Assembly: GCA_964526445.1 (NCBI GenBank)
Contig: CAZGIY010000001.1
Location: 20,363-84,362, forward strand
DNA: 64,000 nucleotides
Source: an uncultured Candidatus Poseidoniales archaeon
GTDB taxonomy: Archaea; Thermoplasmatota; Poseidoniia; Poseidoniales; Poseidoniaceae
Direction: 5' to 3'
The position numbers were made by a program, and so were the translations under genes. Positions 19,207 to 28,871 of the stretch are shown in pieces (the stretch's first letter is position 1; every line of letters begins with the position of its first letter). Below the pieces are notes generated by a model. The model did no database searches, was not told the DNA's origin, and saw only the letters and a list, made by a program, of their open reading frames with translations.

Positions 19207-20436
19207 ATGTCATCCGACGCTGGGACCCGAAAACCCCATTCTGGGACTGATGAGAATCGCTCGGAGGAGGATCTGAGGCAACTGGAGGATGACTATCGAC
19301 AATTGCACGATCAGGCCCAGAAACTGATTACTGAAAGGGTTGCATTAGAGAGTGATATCAACAAATTGAAGAAGCGTACTGCTAGACTTGATGAAGAGAT
19401 AAGATTGTTGAAGAGTCCACCATTGATTGTAGGGCATATTCAGGATGTCATCGGTGAAGAATCTGCGATTGTTCGATCATCCAATGGTACTGTATTCCAA
19501 GTTGCAGTCAACAAGAGATTACAACCCAGTGAACTCAAACCGGGAACTAGAGTTGCATTGAACCAAGATACTCTTGCAGTCACTAGCCTGTTACACGATG
19601 CTTGGGACCCTCTTGTAAGTGGAGCCGAGATGATTGAGCGACCTGAAACTGCATATGAAGAAATTGGAGGATTAGATGAGGAGATTCTCAAGTTACGTGA
19701 AGCGATTGAACTCCCTCTTGAGAAGCCTGAGGTGTTCCAAAAGGTAGGTATTGAACCGCCAAAAGGGGTTTTGTTAGTAGGGCCACCTGGGTGTGGAAAA
19801 ACAATGATTGCCAAAGCTGTTGCATCTCATACCAAGGCGACATTCATACGCATGGTTGGTAGTGAATTGGCTCAGAAATACATTGGTGAAGGTGGGCGTA
19901 TGGTGCGAGAATTGTTCTCATTGGCTAGAGATAAGAGCCCTGCGATTATATTCCTCGATGAGATTGACGCTATCGGTGCCAAGAGGTTGGATGCTGCAAC
20001 TAGTGGAGATAGAGAAGTACAGCGTACTTTGATGCAATTGCTTGCAGAATTAGATGGATTCGACGCCTTAGAATCAGTGAAGATAATTGCTGCAACCAAT
20101 AGGCCAGATATATTGGATGATGCATTGCTGAGACCCGGTAGGTTCGATAGAATAGTGGAGATTCCATTGCCGGAGGATGCTGCAAGAAAGTCCATTTTGT
20201 CGATTCATGTCTCAAAGATGTCGACCTCTAGAATTTCCATACCTAGATTGGTTGAGTTGACCAAGGGATTCAGTGGTGCTGATCTTAAGGCTACTTGCGT
20301 TGAAGCAGGAATGGCGGCAATTAGAGATGGCAGAAGCAAAGTTCTACAGAATGATTTCCAAACCGCAGTACAGACTGTAATTAAGAAGCGAGATAATAAT
20401 GCTTCATTGACCAGTGCTTCTGATCTATATGTTTGA
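19207..20436 (+). CDS. pan: Proteasome-activating nucleotidase
   Basis: Coiled coil plus OB, GPPGCGKT, FLDEID, SGDREVQRT, LRPGRFDR, C-terminal HbYX (LYV). Confidence 0.96.
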   Translation: MSSDAGTRKPHSGTDENRSEEDLRQLEDDYRQLHDQAQKLITERVALESDINKLKKRTARLDEEIRLLKSPPLIVGHIQDVIGEESAIVRSSNGTVFQVAVNKRLQPSELKPGTRVALNQDTLAVTSLLHDAWDPLVSGAEMIERPETAYEEIGGLDEEILKLREAIELPLEKPEVFQKVGIEPPKGVLLVGPPGCGKTMIAKAVASHTKATFIRMVGSELAQKYIGEGGRMVRELFSLARDKSPAIIFLDEIDAIGAKRLDAATSGDREVQRTLMQLLAELDGFDALESVKIIAATNRPDILDDALLRPGRFDRIVEIPLPEDAARKSILSIHVSKMSTSRISIPRLVELTKGFSGADLKATCVEAGMAAIRDGRSKVLQNDFQTAVQTVIKKRDNNASLTSASDLYV

Positions 20437-20437
20437 A

Positions 20438-22678
20438 TCAACGCACTCTTGAACCGGTTGCGATTTCACCATCGATTGTGACTAGTTTTACTCCACCAGA
20501 GCCATCATCGGCAGCCAACATCATACCTTCTGACATTACACCTCTTAGCTTGCGGGGTTTTAGATTGGCAACAAATACGACGCTACGTCCCTGCATTTCT
20601 TCTGCGCTGTAATACTCCTTAAGTCCAGCACACACGGTTCTTCCACTTTCACTTCCATCATCGATTCGAACAACATACAACTTGTCCGCATCTGGGTGGT
20701 TTTCTACGGAAGTAATCTTCCCTGTTCTCAATTCAACCTCCATGAATGTTTCAAAATCCAACCATGCTGTGCCTTCAGGTGCCTGCTTTTCCTCATTCTT
20801 CATTTTTCCACTTCCTTTCATTTTCTGCGTGGGGTCCTTGTTTTCTACATCATCATCTACCAATGACTGCTCTTGCGATAGAATCTCATCTAGTTCCAAC
20901 CTTTGGAATAGGGGTTCAGGTTTCGCCGGATTCCACAATAGTGGTGCTTGCCAATCTTTAGCACACTCCCAAAGCATGTCACAAACTTCACCATCTTCTC
21001 CTATTGATTGCCACAGTCTTTGAGCACTGAATGGCAGGAAAGGCTGACTTGCAATAGCAAGCATTCTTGCCATTCTCCAGCAGAATGCCAAAGCGGCCAA
21101 CGATTCTGCTGCTCCATCTTGGTCCCTAGATTCTTCTTTGAGATACTTCCAAGGCGCCGCACTCTGAAGTAACTGATTTCCATATTGGGAGATATTCATG
21201 ACTGCTCTGAGTGCTTCCTTGTAGCGGTGCTTATCGAGGCTATTTCCTACTGCAGCAAATAGATTCTCTGTTTTGTTTTTCCATTCTACAGAGAGACTAG
21301 CATCATCATATTGCAACAATGGGTTATCTCCCCCAGTTGGAAGTCTATGTGCAAGAGTCAGTACCCTATGTGCGAAATTCCCATGGCAACCAATTAATTC
21401 AGAATTGATCTTCTCAACGAAATCAGGCCAATTGAAATCAGAATCGTGATTCTCAGGCATATTGATTCCGAGATAGTACCTCAGGGTATCGGCATCGAAT
21501 CTCTCGAGGAAAGACGGTAACCAAACTGCATGTTTTCTGCTCTTAGAGAATTGACCACCCGCTAGCATGAGATATTCCATGGCTGGAACATCATCGGCCA
21601 GATGCAGTTGGCCTGAACTCGGAGAGCATATCTCATCGAGGTCAGTTTTTCCTGCAGCAGCATGATTGAGACCCATCAATAATGCTGGCCATATGATAGT
21701 GTGGAATGGGATGTTATCCTTACCGAGGAAATACATGTGCTTAGGGCTCGTACCATCTTCTGAGTGTTGCCACCAAGATTGCCATGCATCATCATCAGAA
21801 TACTTCTCAGCCCAAATCTGTGAACATGTCAAATAGCCTTGGACCGCTTCAAACCAAACGTAGACACACTTCCCTTGCCACTTTTCATTGTCCAGCGGAA
21901 TAGGGATGCCCCATTCTAAATCTCTAGTTATGGCTCGCGGCCTCAATCCCATCTCTAACCATTGTTTAGTCATAGCTTTGACATTGGCTTTCCAACCATG
22001 CATTCTCTGCTCTGCGAATTCTTCCAATTTTTGTTGAAATAAATCTAGGCGATAGAATAAGTGCTCCGTGTCTCGAATCTCAATGTTGGCATTTGGGTCC
22101 ATCAATGAGCGAGGCTGTAGCAATTCATGTGCCTCGTAAGTTATGCCGCAGGAGTCACATTGGTCGCCTCTAGCACCATCGCTTTCACAACCTGGACAAA
22201 CACCCTCCACGTATCTATCAGGGAGAAACCTGCCGCCCCCATCATCGCGAGTTTCGTAGTACTGTTGCATGGTTTTGGTTTCAAATAGACCGGCATCAAG
22301 CAGCGATTTGAAATTCTCTTGCACTCTACTTTTGTGAGAAAGGTCAGTAGTTCTGTTGAATAGGGCGCCTCCATGCTCTCCACCTCTGCTATCAATATGC
22401 GGTTTCCACATACAACCGAGGTCCAACAGGGCCTGATGATTAATCGAGTGGTATTCATCGACAATTTTCTGTGGCTCAACACCTTGCTGTTCTGCAGTAA
22501 CGGTGATTGGGGTGCCGTGCTCGTCAGATCCACTAACCATCAAGACCTTGTTTCCAAGAGACCTTTGATATCGGAACTGGATATCAGGGGGTAGGTAGCA
22601 ACCGGCAACATGGCCCAAGTGTAATGGCCCATTCGCGTAGGGCCAAGCGACACAAATCAACACATGTTCGTCTGCCAT
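20438..22678 (-). CDS. metG: Methionine--tRNA ligase with C-terminal tRNA-binding domain
   Basis: PYANGPLHLGH, GSDEHG, zinc knuckle, GKDNIPFH, QFSKS, SEGMMLAA. Confidence 0.97.
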   Translation of the reverse strand: MADEHVLICVAWPYANGPLHLGHVAGCYLPPDIQFRYQRSLGNKVLMVSGSDEHGTPITVTAEQQGVEPQKIVDEYHSINHQALLDLGCMWKPHIDSRGGEHGGALFNRTTDLSHKSRVQENFKSLLDAGLFETKTMQQYYETRDDGGGRFLPDRYVEGVCPGCESDGARGDQCDSCGITYEAHELLQPRSLMDPNANIEIRDTEHLFYRLDLFQQKLEEFAEQRMHGWKANVKAMTKQWLEMGLRPRAITRDLEWGIPIPLDNEKWQGKCVYVWFEAVQGYLTCSQIWAEKYSDDDAWQSWWQHSEDGTSPKHMYFLGKDNIPFHTIIWPALLMGLNHAAAGKTDLDEICSPSSGQLHLADDVPAMEYLMLAGGQFSKSRKHAVWLPSFLERFDADTLRYYLGINMPENHDSDFNWPDFVEKINSELIGCHGNFAHRVLTLAHRLPTGGDNPLLQYDDASLSVEWKNKTENLFAAVGNSLDKHRYKEALRAVMNISQYGNQLLQSAAPWKYLKEESRDQDGAAESLAALAFCWRMARMLAIASQPFLPFSAQRLWQSIGEDGEVCDMLWECAKDWQAPLLWNPAKPEPLFQRLELDEILSQEQSLVDDDVENKDPTQKMKGSGKMKNEEKQAPEGTAWLDFETFMEVELRTGKITSVENHPDADKLYVVRIDDGSESGRTVCAGLKEYYSAEEMQGRSVVFVANLKPRKLRGVMSEGMMLAADDGSGGVKLVTIDGEIATGSRVR

Positions 22679-22796
22679 ACGCCCACCTTACCAGCCCTGA
22701 GCGCGATGAGATAAGGTGATTACTTTATCGACAACCCCTAATAACTTGAATCTCCACAGTGGCATGTCGCCTCAGCACAGGAGGGCACACCCACTG

Positions 22797-23846
22797 ATGG
22801 TTTCGAGCCTACTGGTCATCTATGCAAGTCTTGCTTTGGGAGTATCTTTCCTATGCAGCATGTTAGAGAGTGTATTGTTGAGTATTTCTCATTCTCATAT
22901 CCAATTGATGCAGAATGATGGGAAGAAAGCAGGAAAGATTTGGTCCGGATTGAAGGAGAATGATTCTGTTAGACCACTTACGGCGATTCTCACTTTGAAT
23001 ACAATAGCCCATACCGTTGGTGCAGTGGGCGTTGGTTCGGTGGTTCACGATGAATATGGAAACGAATGGGTAACATTAGCTTCGGCAATATTGACCGTGG
23101 CAGTATTGCTGCTTTCTGAAATTCTTCCAAAGACTATCGGTTCTGCTTATTGGAAGAAATTGGCGACCCCGACAGCACACGTAACTCAGCAATTGACCTG
23201 GTTGCTTACTGTAATCGTAGTTCCAATTGAGTGGTTCCGTAAACTATTGCCTCAAGCCCAGAAAACCACAGTTACTAGGGATGAACTAGCGGTTTTGGCC
23301 GACATAGGTGAGGAGGAGGGTACAATCGAGGAGGATGAGGAGAAAGTCATCGTCAACTTGTTACGATTGGCCGAGATATCGGTAGGCGAGATTATGACTC
23401 CGCGAGTGGTAGTGACTTCATTCCCCGCAAATTACACAATTTCACAAGTACTTGATGAACATCCTGTTCTACGCGTTTCTAGGATACCTGTGTATGGAGA
23501 AAATATGGACGATCTTCAGGGTCTTGTGATACGTTCAGAGATTCTATTGGCTGCGAGCAAAAATGAGTGGGATAAGCCATTGTCGAGTATGATGAAACCT
23601 CTCGATCAAATTGATGAGAAGGAAAGTGTTGATCACGCTCTAGATGTTTTCATCAGCAAGAGACAACAGATACTTGCTGTGGTTGATGACTTTGGGGGAA
23701 CTTCTGGGATAGTCACCTTGGAAGATGCGATTGAAACATTGTTGGGAGAAGAAATAGTCGATGAGACCGATGAAGCCGAGGACATGAGAGAAGTGGCTAT
23801 GGCACAATCCAGCAATGGATCCGAGGCAAATGATTCAGAGAAGTGA
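22797..23846 (+). CDS. CNNM/CorC-like (DUF21 plus 2 CBS) Mg2+ transport-related protein
   Basis: SFLCSMLES, AILTLNTIAHT, SEILPK, IMTPR, SRIPVY, GIVTLEDAIE. Confidence 0.9.
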   Translation: MVSSLLVIYASLALGVSFLCSMLESVLLSISHSHIQLMQNDGKKAGKIWSGLKENDSVRPLTAILTLNTIAHTVGAVGVGSVVHDEYGNEWVTLASAILTVAVLLLSEILPKTIGSAYWKKLATPTAHVTQQLTWLLTVIVVPIEWFRKLLPQAQKTTVTRDELAVLADIGEEEGTIEEDEEKVIVNLLRLAEISVGEIMTPRVVVTSFPANYTISQVLDEHPVLRVSRIPVYGENMDDLQGLVIRSEILLAASKNEWDKPLSSMMKPLDQIDEKESVDHALDVFISKRQQILAVVDDFGGTSGIVTLEDAIETLLGEEIVDETDEAEDMREVAMAQSSNGSEANDSEK

Positions 23847-24833
23847 TCTATCTAGGTAGTCTTGCATTAGTCTTGTTCTACCCTTGTGAATACTATCTCC
23901 GCTATGGCGCAGTCCTTTGATGACATGATTTTCATGTTCAACGTGGTCAATATTCTCGAGCAGTAATTGGTGATGGCTCATCCCCAATCTTTCATCATCA
24001 TCAGCTTGAATCAACAGGGTTGGAAATTCCGGCCTCCCCCATTCTGGGATTTTGATATCTTCTCTACCAGTCAATACGATATTTGGATGAATCTTTTTCC
24101 ATGCTTTAATCATCCATCGAAATTTCAATGGCCTCAATAGAACTAGTGGGCCAGGAGTGTATTCTTTGAGAATGAGATTATAATCGGTCATTGGAGACTC
24201 TAGAATCAGGCATCTGAGTTTCTGTCGCCACCACCCTTTGAATCTCGATTGTAAACGAATTGCGATGTAACTTCCAAGACTATGTCCATGGATAGAGATA
24301 GAAGAAATCTTCTCACGAGGTAAGGAATCGAGTAGTTTTGCTGCATCTTCTGCACATTTCTGTGCTGTGAATTCAGGGTCATCTGGCGCATGTCCGTGGC
24401 CGCGTAAATCCATCGCAAGAACATGATGCCCAGTAATATCTCTGCATCTATTCAAGGAACGAGAGGAATTAGAACTCCATCCATGAAGATAAAATATCAA
24501 CGGTGCAGTATCATCTAACCATTTGGCATGAGCATGAATTGATACTCCAGCATCATTTTTTACCACTAAACTTTGCCACTCTTCATCTTCGATACAAGAA
24601 ATGCTTCTTTTTGGTGTTTGAAAGAGAATTCTAAGATACCTAATTCGAATTGACTGCAATAGCAAGTATATGCCACTGATGAACAGAAGAATTGAAGATA
24701 GCGTTGTATATGCGATGGAAAAAGGCGATTGAATGTACAATAGCAATGCCATTGTCATGACAAAAATTGCTACGGCAAAGATATATTTCTCTAAAGGAGA
24801 TTCATGTGTTGCCTTACGAGTTTGTCCAGTCAT
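23835..24833 (-). CDS. Membrane-anchored alpha/beta hydrolase
   Basis: Two N-terminal TM helices, YLHGW, DLRGHG, nucleophile GHSLG, ESP. Confidence 0.85.
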   Translation of the reverse strand: MTGQTRKATHESPLEKYIFAVAIFVMTMALLLYIQSPFSIAYTTLSSILLFISGIYLLLQSIRIRYLRILFQTPKRSISCIEDEEWQSLVVKNDAGVSIHAHAKWLDDTAPLIFYLHGWSSNSSRSLNRCRDITGHHVLAMDLRGHGHAPDDPEFTAQKCAEDAAKLLDSLPREKISSISIHGHSLGSYIAIRLQSRFKGWWRQKLRCLILESPMTDYNLILKEYTPGPLVLLRPLKFRWMIKAWKKIHPNIVLTGREDIKIPEWGRPEFPTLLIQADDDERLGMSHHQLLLENIDHVEHENHVIKGLRHSGDSIHKGRTRLMQDYLDRSLL

Positions 24834-25681
24834 GAATCATCATCCGCTGCATCAGACTCAGCAGCCGCACGCTTTTCATCGATCTTAGCGATGCGCTTTG
24901 CTCCAAATTCACCAAGGCTCTCCAACCTTGCCAACCATCCAGTCTCCTTTCCACTTGGTACGTGATGAACTAGATAAGCTGCAAAGATTTTGTCCCACAT
25001 TCCTTGTCCATATTCCTTGCCTACAATTTTCTTGAAGATGTACTCAGAAAGGGGGAATGCTAAACACAAAACACAGAGAACAAGCATTGTAGCATTAAGA
25101 CCGTCGCTACTGTTGTTTCCAATACCAGTATTTACCAAGAACCAAAGTCCCATGAAGAACATAGGTGTGTTGATGTTGGTCATTATTCCATGTAGAAAGA
25201 TTGGCCTTTCACCTTTGTATGAAACAAACTTAGTACGTGAAACAAATTGTCCGATGTTTCTGCCAAATTTTGCAGGAATGAAGAATACGTTTACAATAGG
25301 TAGCAATAAACCTCCAGCAAGAAGCAAAGTCATATCTGCCATTGCACCGGAAATGATGATTGATAATACTGCAATCATAACTCCCCAGTTCCAAATGAAA
25401 TTTACTAACCACGCTGCTGCCTTGTTTGTCTTTCCCGCTGCTACAAAGTCTTTGGGGAAAACCTTCTCAGGTCTTTCTCTCCTGACCCTTTCCCTTTTCT
25501 CTCGAACCGGTTTGGGTTTAGCAGCAGGTTTTGCTTTGGCCCTTGCTGCTGGCTTGGCCTTTGCTACTGGCTTGGCCTTTGCTACTGGCTTGGCCTTTGC
25601 TACTGGCTTGGCCTTTGCTGCTGGCTTGGCTTTCGCCGCTGGTTTTTTGTCAATCTCTCCTGCCTTGTCAAGTAATCCCAT
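24830..25681 (-). CDS. RDD-like membrane protein with AKAKP-repeat N-terminus
   Basis: AKAKPV/AKAKPA repeats, about 4 TM helices, GRNIGQ and QGMWDK motifs. Confidence 0.7.
   Translation of the reverse strand: MGLLDKAGEIDKKPAAKAKPAAKAKPVAKAKPVAKAKPVAKAKPAARAKAKPAAKPKPVREKRERVRRERPEKVFPKDFVAAGKTNKAAAWLVNFIWNWGVMIAVLSIIISGAMADMTLLLAGGLLLPIVNVFFIPAKFGRNIGQFVSRTKFVSYKGERPIFLHGIMTNINTPMFFMGLWFLVNTGIGNNSSDGLNATMLVLCVLCLAFPLSEYIFKKIVGKEYGQGMWDKIFAAYLVHHVPSGKETGWLARLESLGEFGAKRIAKIDEKRAAAESDAADDDS
25551..25640. repeat. 18-nt coding tandem repeat, 5 units
   Basis: GGCTTGGCCTTTGCTACT at 25551, 25569, 25587; variants at 25605 and 25623. Confidence 0.92.
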
Positions 25682-25686
25682 ATGCC

Positions 25687-26784
25687 TCAAACTCCGTATC
25701 TTGCACCTATCGCGCTATATGTCGCGAAATCTTCTGATTGCATGAATGCTTGAATTTCATCCTCGGGTAATTCAAGCAGCAACGAATCGACCATCTGGAA
25801 GAACTCGCTTCGTTGATTATCATCTGCATCTGATGGATTTCCCGCTACAGCTGCATACAAAGTGAATTCATCGCTGTGAATAAAGGAATCAGTATCTGGT
25901 AGCTTCCCCAGTAGGTTATCAATAATCGAAACGAATTCGATGAATAAATCCTCAGATTCAACCTCCTCGTGATCATCACTTTCGTCCTCTTCCAAAGATG
26001 ATAGTGGGGCTTCTCCATCAATGACTGCAGCAATAGACTTGCGTTCGGATAGTAAAGCCTCAAGTTTTGGCTTCAACTTTTTCAACTTCGATGCATGGTT
26101 CTTCTGTTTTGCTAGTTGGTATTTTGGCTTCAACTTCTTGATCTCTTGCTCAAGTGCAGATTTCTTTGAATTCAACATCTCAAGAGTTTCGTCATCAATA
26201 TCACTTGCTTCCGCATCGTCGTAATCCTCTTCTGAATTAGTGTCTTCAACCTCTTCGTCTTCTGAGGGCTCCTCGTCTGCTGGCATTGCCTCTATCTCTT
26301 CCTTTTCTTCCTCGTCTAGAAGTGTAATTGTAGGTGCATCCCTTATTTCTGCAACCTTTGAATCGTGTTCCGCTTTTCTCTTGACGATAATCTCTCGATC
26401 TAGTTGATGGCCAAAACGGTCCGCATACCTGTCCAGTAGACTACCAACTTCTCCTTCACCGAGTCTATCGATATGGCCGTAAACTTGTTTCAGAGGTTTA
26501 CTACTCCCTCTTTTCCACAATGAATCATATCCATCCTTCTTATTCTCTTTAGACATGTCAGGTGGAGCCAAACTAGAGATTTTAGGAGCTGCTGCCCCCT
26601 CTAATGCACCTCTTGGTTTTGTGGATTCAACAGGTGGAGGAGGCACGCCTTTGGAAGGTGGCGGCGGTAGTCCTTCAGTTGGAGGCGGGGGAATCGCGGC
26701 AGGAAGCGAAGGAGGTAAGGGCAGAGGAGGCAGGTCTGCCGGATTTGGAGGTGCAGCACCCTTCTTCTTCTTCTTGCGTCCCAT
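25687..26784 (-). CDS. Hypothetical protein: poly-Lys/poly-Pro N-terminus, acidic linker, coiled coil, duplicated C-terminal helical motif
   Basis: MGRKKKKKG, PPP runs; IDNLLGKLP...FIHSDEFTLY and VDSLLLELP...FMQSEDFATY; GGTGA SD. Confidence 0.8.
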   Translation of the reverse strand: MGRKKKKKGAAPPNPADLPPLPLPPSLPAAIPPPPTEGLPPPPSKGVPPPPVESTKPRGALEGAAAPKISSLAPPDMSKENKKDGYDSLWKRGSSKPLKQVYGHIDRLGEGEVGSLLDRYADRFGHQLDREIIVKRKAEHDSKVAEIRDAPTITLLDEEEKEEIEAMPADEEPSEDEEVEDTNSEEDYDDAEASDIDDETLEMLNSKKSALEQEIKKLKPKYQLAKQKNHASKLKKLKPKLEALLSERKSIAAVIDGEAPLSSLEEDESDDHEEVESEDLFIEFVSIIDNLLGKLPDTDSFIHSDEFTLYAAVAGNPSDADDNQRSEFFQMVDSLLLELPEDEIQAFMQSEDFATYSAIGARYGV

Positions 26785-26884
26785 GACATCACCCTACGGG
26801 TGGACTGTGGACTCCGCGCTTCTTCTTTAACATTGACCGCGTTTGAACTTGGCGAAATTACTCTATTTGAGTAAAACCGAATTA

Positions 26885-28091
26885 TCAAATGAGTTGTGCC
26901 CAACCCTTGAGGACGACAAATGCTGCAGCTGCCTCAGGCAACGATAATCGGTCCCCAGCCGAACCTTCGATATTAGTTGATGCCATGCGAGTATTGATGT
27001 TCTCGGCAAGAATTTCTACTTCCATCATGTTGTCCTTCCTGTAGTGGGTCGAAAGGATCACTTCCATCTGGGTCCAGCCGACTCAGTGGGAAAGAAGTGA
27101 CCCTCAGTCCACATTTACCATGCAAAGAGGTAGGGTATCTGATGACTCGGTGGCAATCGACAGTAACTACTTCATCAGTCTCCCCAGCATTGCCCAAAAC
27201 TACGGCAGCATCGCTTCGTAATATATCGATAAATGCATCACGATGGAAATTAGAATCACTTTTTCGCCCACCTAGTGCATTGAGATTTCCATCTTCTAGA
27301 CTGTCCCTTCTAACTGGGTGCTTAACAAGTTCCGCTAGGTCTTTCACAACCTTTTCACCGCGCGTTGTTTTCAATCCCCTGATTTTGGCAGACCTCCTGA
27401 GTGAATCAACGTAATTTGCAATCAATGCTTTGGATTGTTCATCGTTTGATTCTCTGATAGTATCGAGTTTTCTTAGTGTGTCCCTAAGTCCATTCTTCAG
27501 TCGCCCTGCCCATCCCGAAGCATCTCTCTCCATCGATCTTGGCAATAGTGAGATGACATCTACTCCATCACCTCTAAAGTGCGAAACTAATTCCCTACGC
27601 GCCTCTCCATCAAGATGTGCCAATCCAGGATCCCTATAGTGAAGGTGAAATCCTCTATGTCCGGAGAAAGTCAAGTGCAGATATCTTTCATCAAAACCAA
27701 ATTCAGGTTCTAGAAAGTCATTCCATAATTTCCAGGCCTGTTCGCGAATCAACGTCAACATACCAGTGAAATCGGTATCTACTACACCTGGTAAGTGGTC
27801 TCCATCAAGGTCAAAGATTAAATCCGCACCTAACCATCCTTTGTCCTTCATCTTATATTCACGCGGGTCTCTCCAATATGCAGTACTGTAGAACACAGAA
27901 TGTGGGGTCCTTTCAATTAGATTCCTTTTGATACTCGATAGGTCATCGAAGCCCATATGTCTGAGGGGCCTACCCCCACCAAACGGAATCAACATCCACT
28001 CCCTAGTACGTAAGCGAGGGGGGATCCAGCCATCGAAAGATCGGTAATATTGCTCGAACCTATGAGCAAAAAGCGACCATCCCTTGACCAT
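26885..28091 (-). CDS. priS: DNA primase small subunit PriS, frameshifted near 27035
   Basis: RH, YSTAYW, GADLIFDLD, FSGHRGFH, DEVVTVD..RVIRYPTSLHGK, FDPL; natural C-terminus (FVVLKGWAQLI) lies in another frame ending at 26885. Confidence 0.9.
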
Positions 28092-28145
28092 CTAGGTGCC
28101 TCCGGCCTTGTCCTACAGCCGAGGGGTGATGAATGACGCGGTCAT

Positions 28146-28346
28146 TTATCGGTAGAATGGGCGCTCTGTATCTTTGCCTGCAGTTGCTGAAGATACTCCA
28201 GTTATTTCCTGATAGCATTTCCAACATGCATAGTGTTCATCGATAGGAATTGATTGGCCAAAGGTCAATCTCTTACCGCACCCGTGGCAAAGAGGACCAA
28301 GCTCCCCATTAGGTGCTGCAGCCAATGGAACATGGTCATGGGGCAT
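28146..28346 (-). CDS. Small zinc-finger protein
   Basis: CHGCG...CWKCY, 66 aa. Confidence 0.7.
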   Translation of the reverse strand: MPHDHVPLAAAPNGELGPLCHGCGKRLTFGQSIPIDEHYACWKCYQEITGVSSATAGKDTERPFYR

Positions 28347-28402
28347 GCGTCTCAACTACCCGTTGGGGCACCGGTCTTTGAATGTGAGCATCGGCCAGAT
28401 AT

Positions 28403-28870
28403 TCATTCATCGATTAGATGATGATTTAGCAGGTCCAGTGCAACTTCACAGGATTCAGCAACTTCAATAGATGGGTCATAGAGAAAACGGTTGAGGATTT
28501 TGCGACTATTTTGATTACCTATTGCCCCCATCGCTTCTGCAGCCTCATGTCTCACCATGACATGTTCCTCGAGGTCTTCTAGTCTACTATTCAGTGCTGG
28601 TAATGCTCTCGAGTCCTGCATCTGTCCCAAGACGTATGCCAATTCATGTCTCAATAGTGCTGAAGCGCTAGAAAATCCACTACACAAAGCATCGACCGCC
28701 TCTTTTCCACCAATATTACGAAGAGCAAAAACGGATCTCATCCTCACAAACATCCTCTCAGTTTCATTATTCAAAACTTGTTTCAGAGTTTCTACATCCT
28801 TTTCCTCTGAGGGAGGAGCGGGGTCTACTGAGCCAAATTCACTGACCTCGGGAATATTTCCATCATTCAT
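28403..28870 (-). CDS. HEAT-repeat protein equal to one half of deoxyhypusine hydroxylase (DOHH-like)
   Basis: SVDPAPP, FALRN, SALLRHELAYVLGQMQD, MVRHEAAEAMGAIG, EVAESCEVALD. Confidence 0.85.
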   Translation of the reverse strand: MNDGNIPEVSEFGSVDPAPPSEEKDVETLKQVLNNETERMFVRMRSVFALRNIGGKEAVDALCSGFSSASALLRHELAYVLGQMQDSRALPALNSRLEDLEEHVMVRHEAAEAMGAIGNQNSRKILNRFLYDPSIEVAESCEVALDLLNHHLIDE

Positions 28871-28871
28871 A

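Noticed and set aside
24990..25745. 251-aa hydrophobic ORF with LAFATG repeats
   Set aside because: Antisense of the AKAKPV-repeat gene, which fits the minus-strand operon
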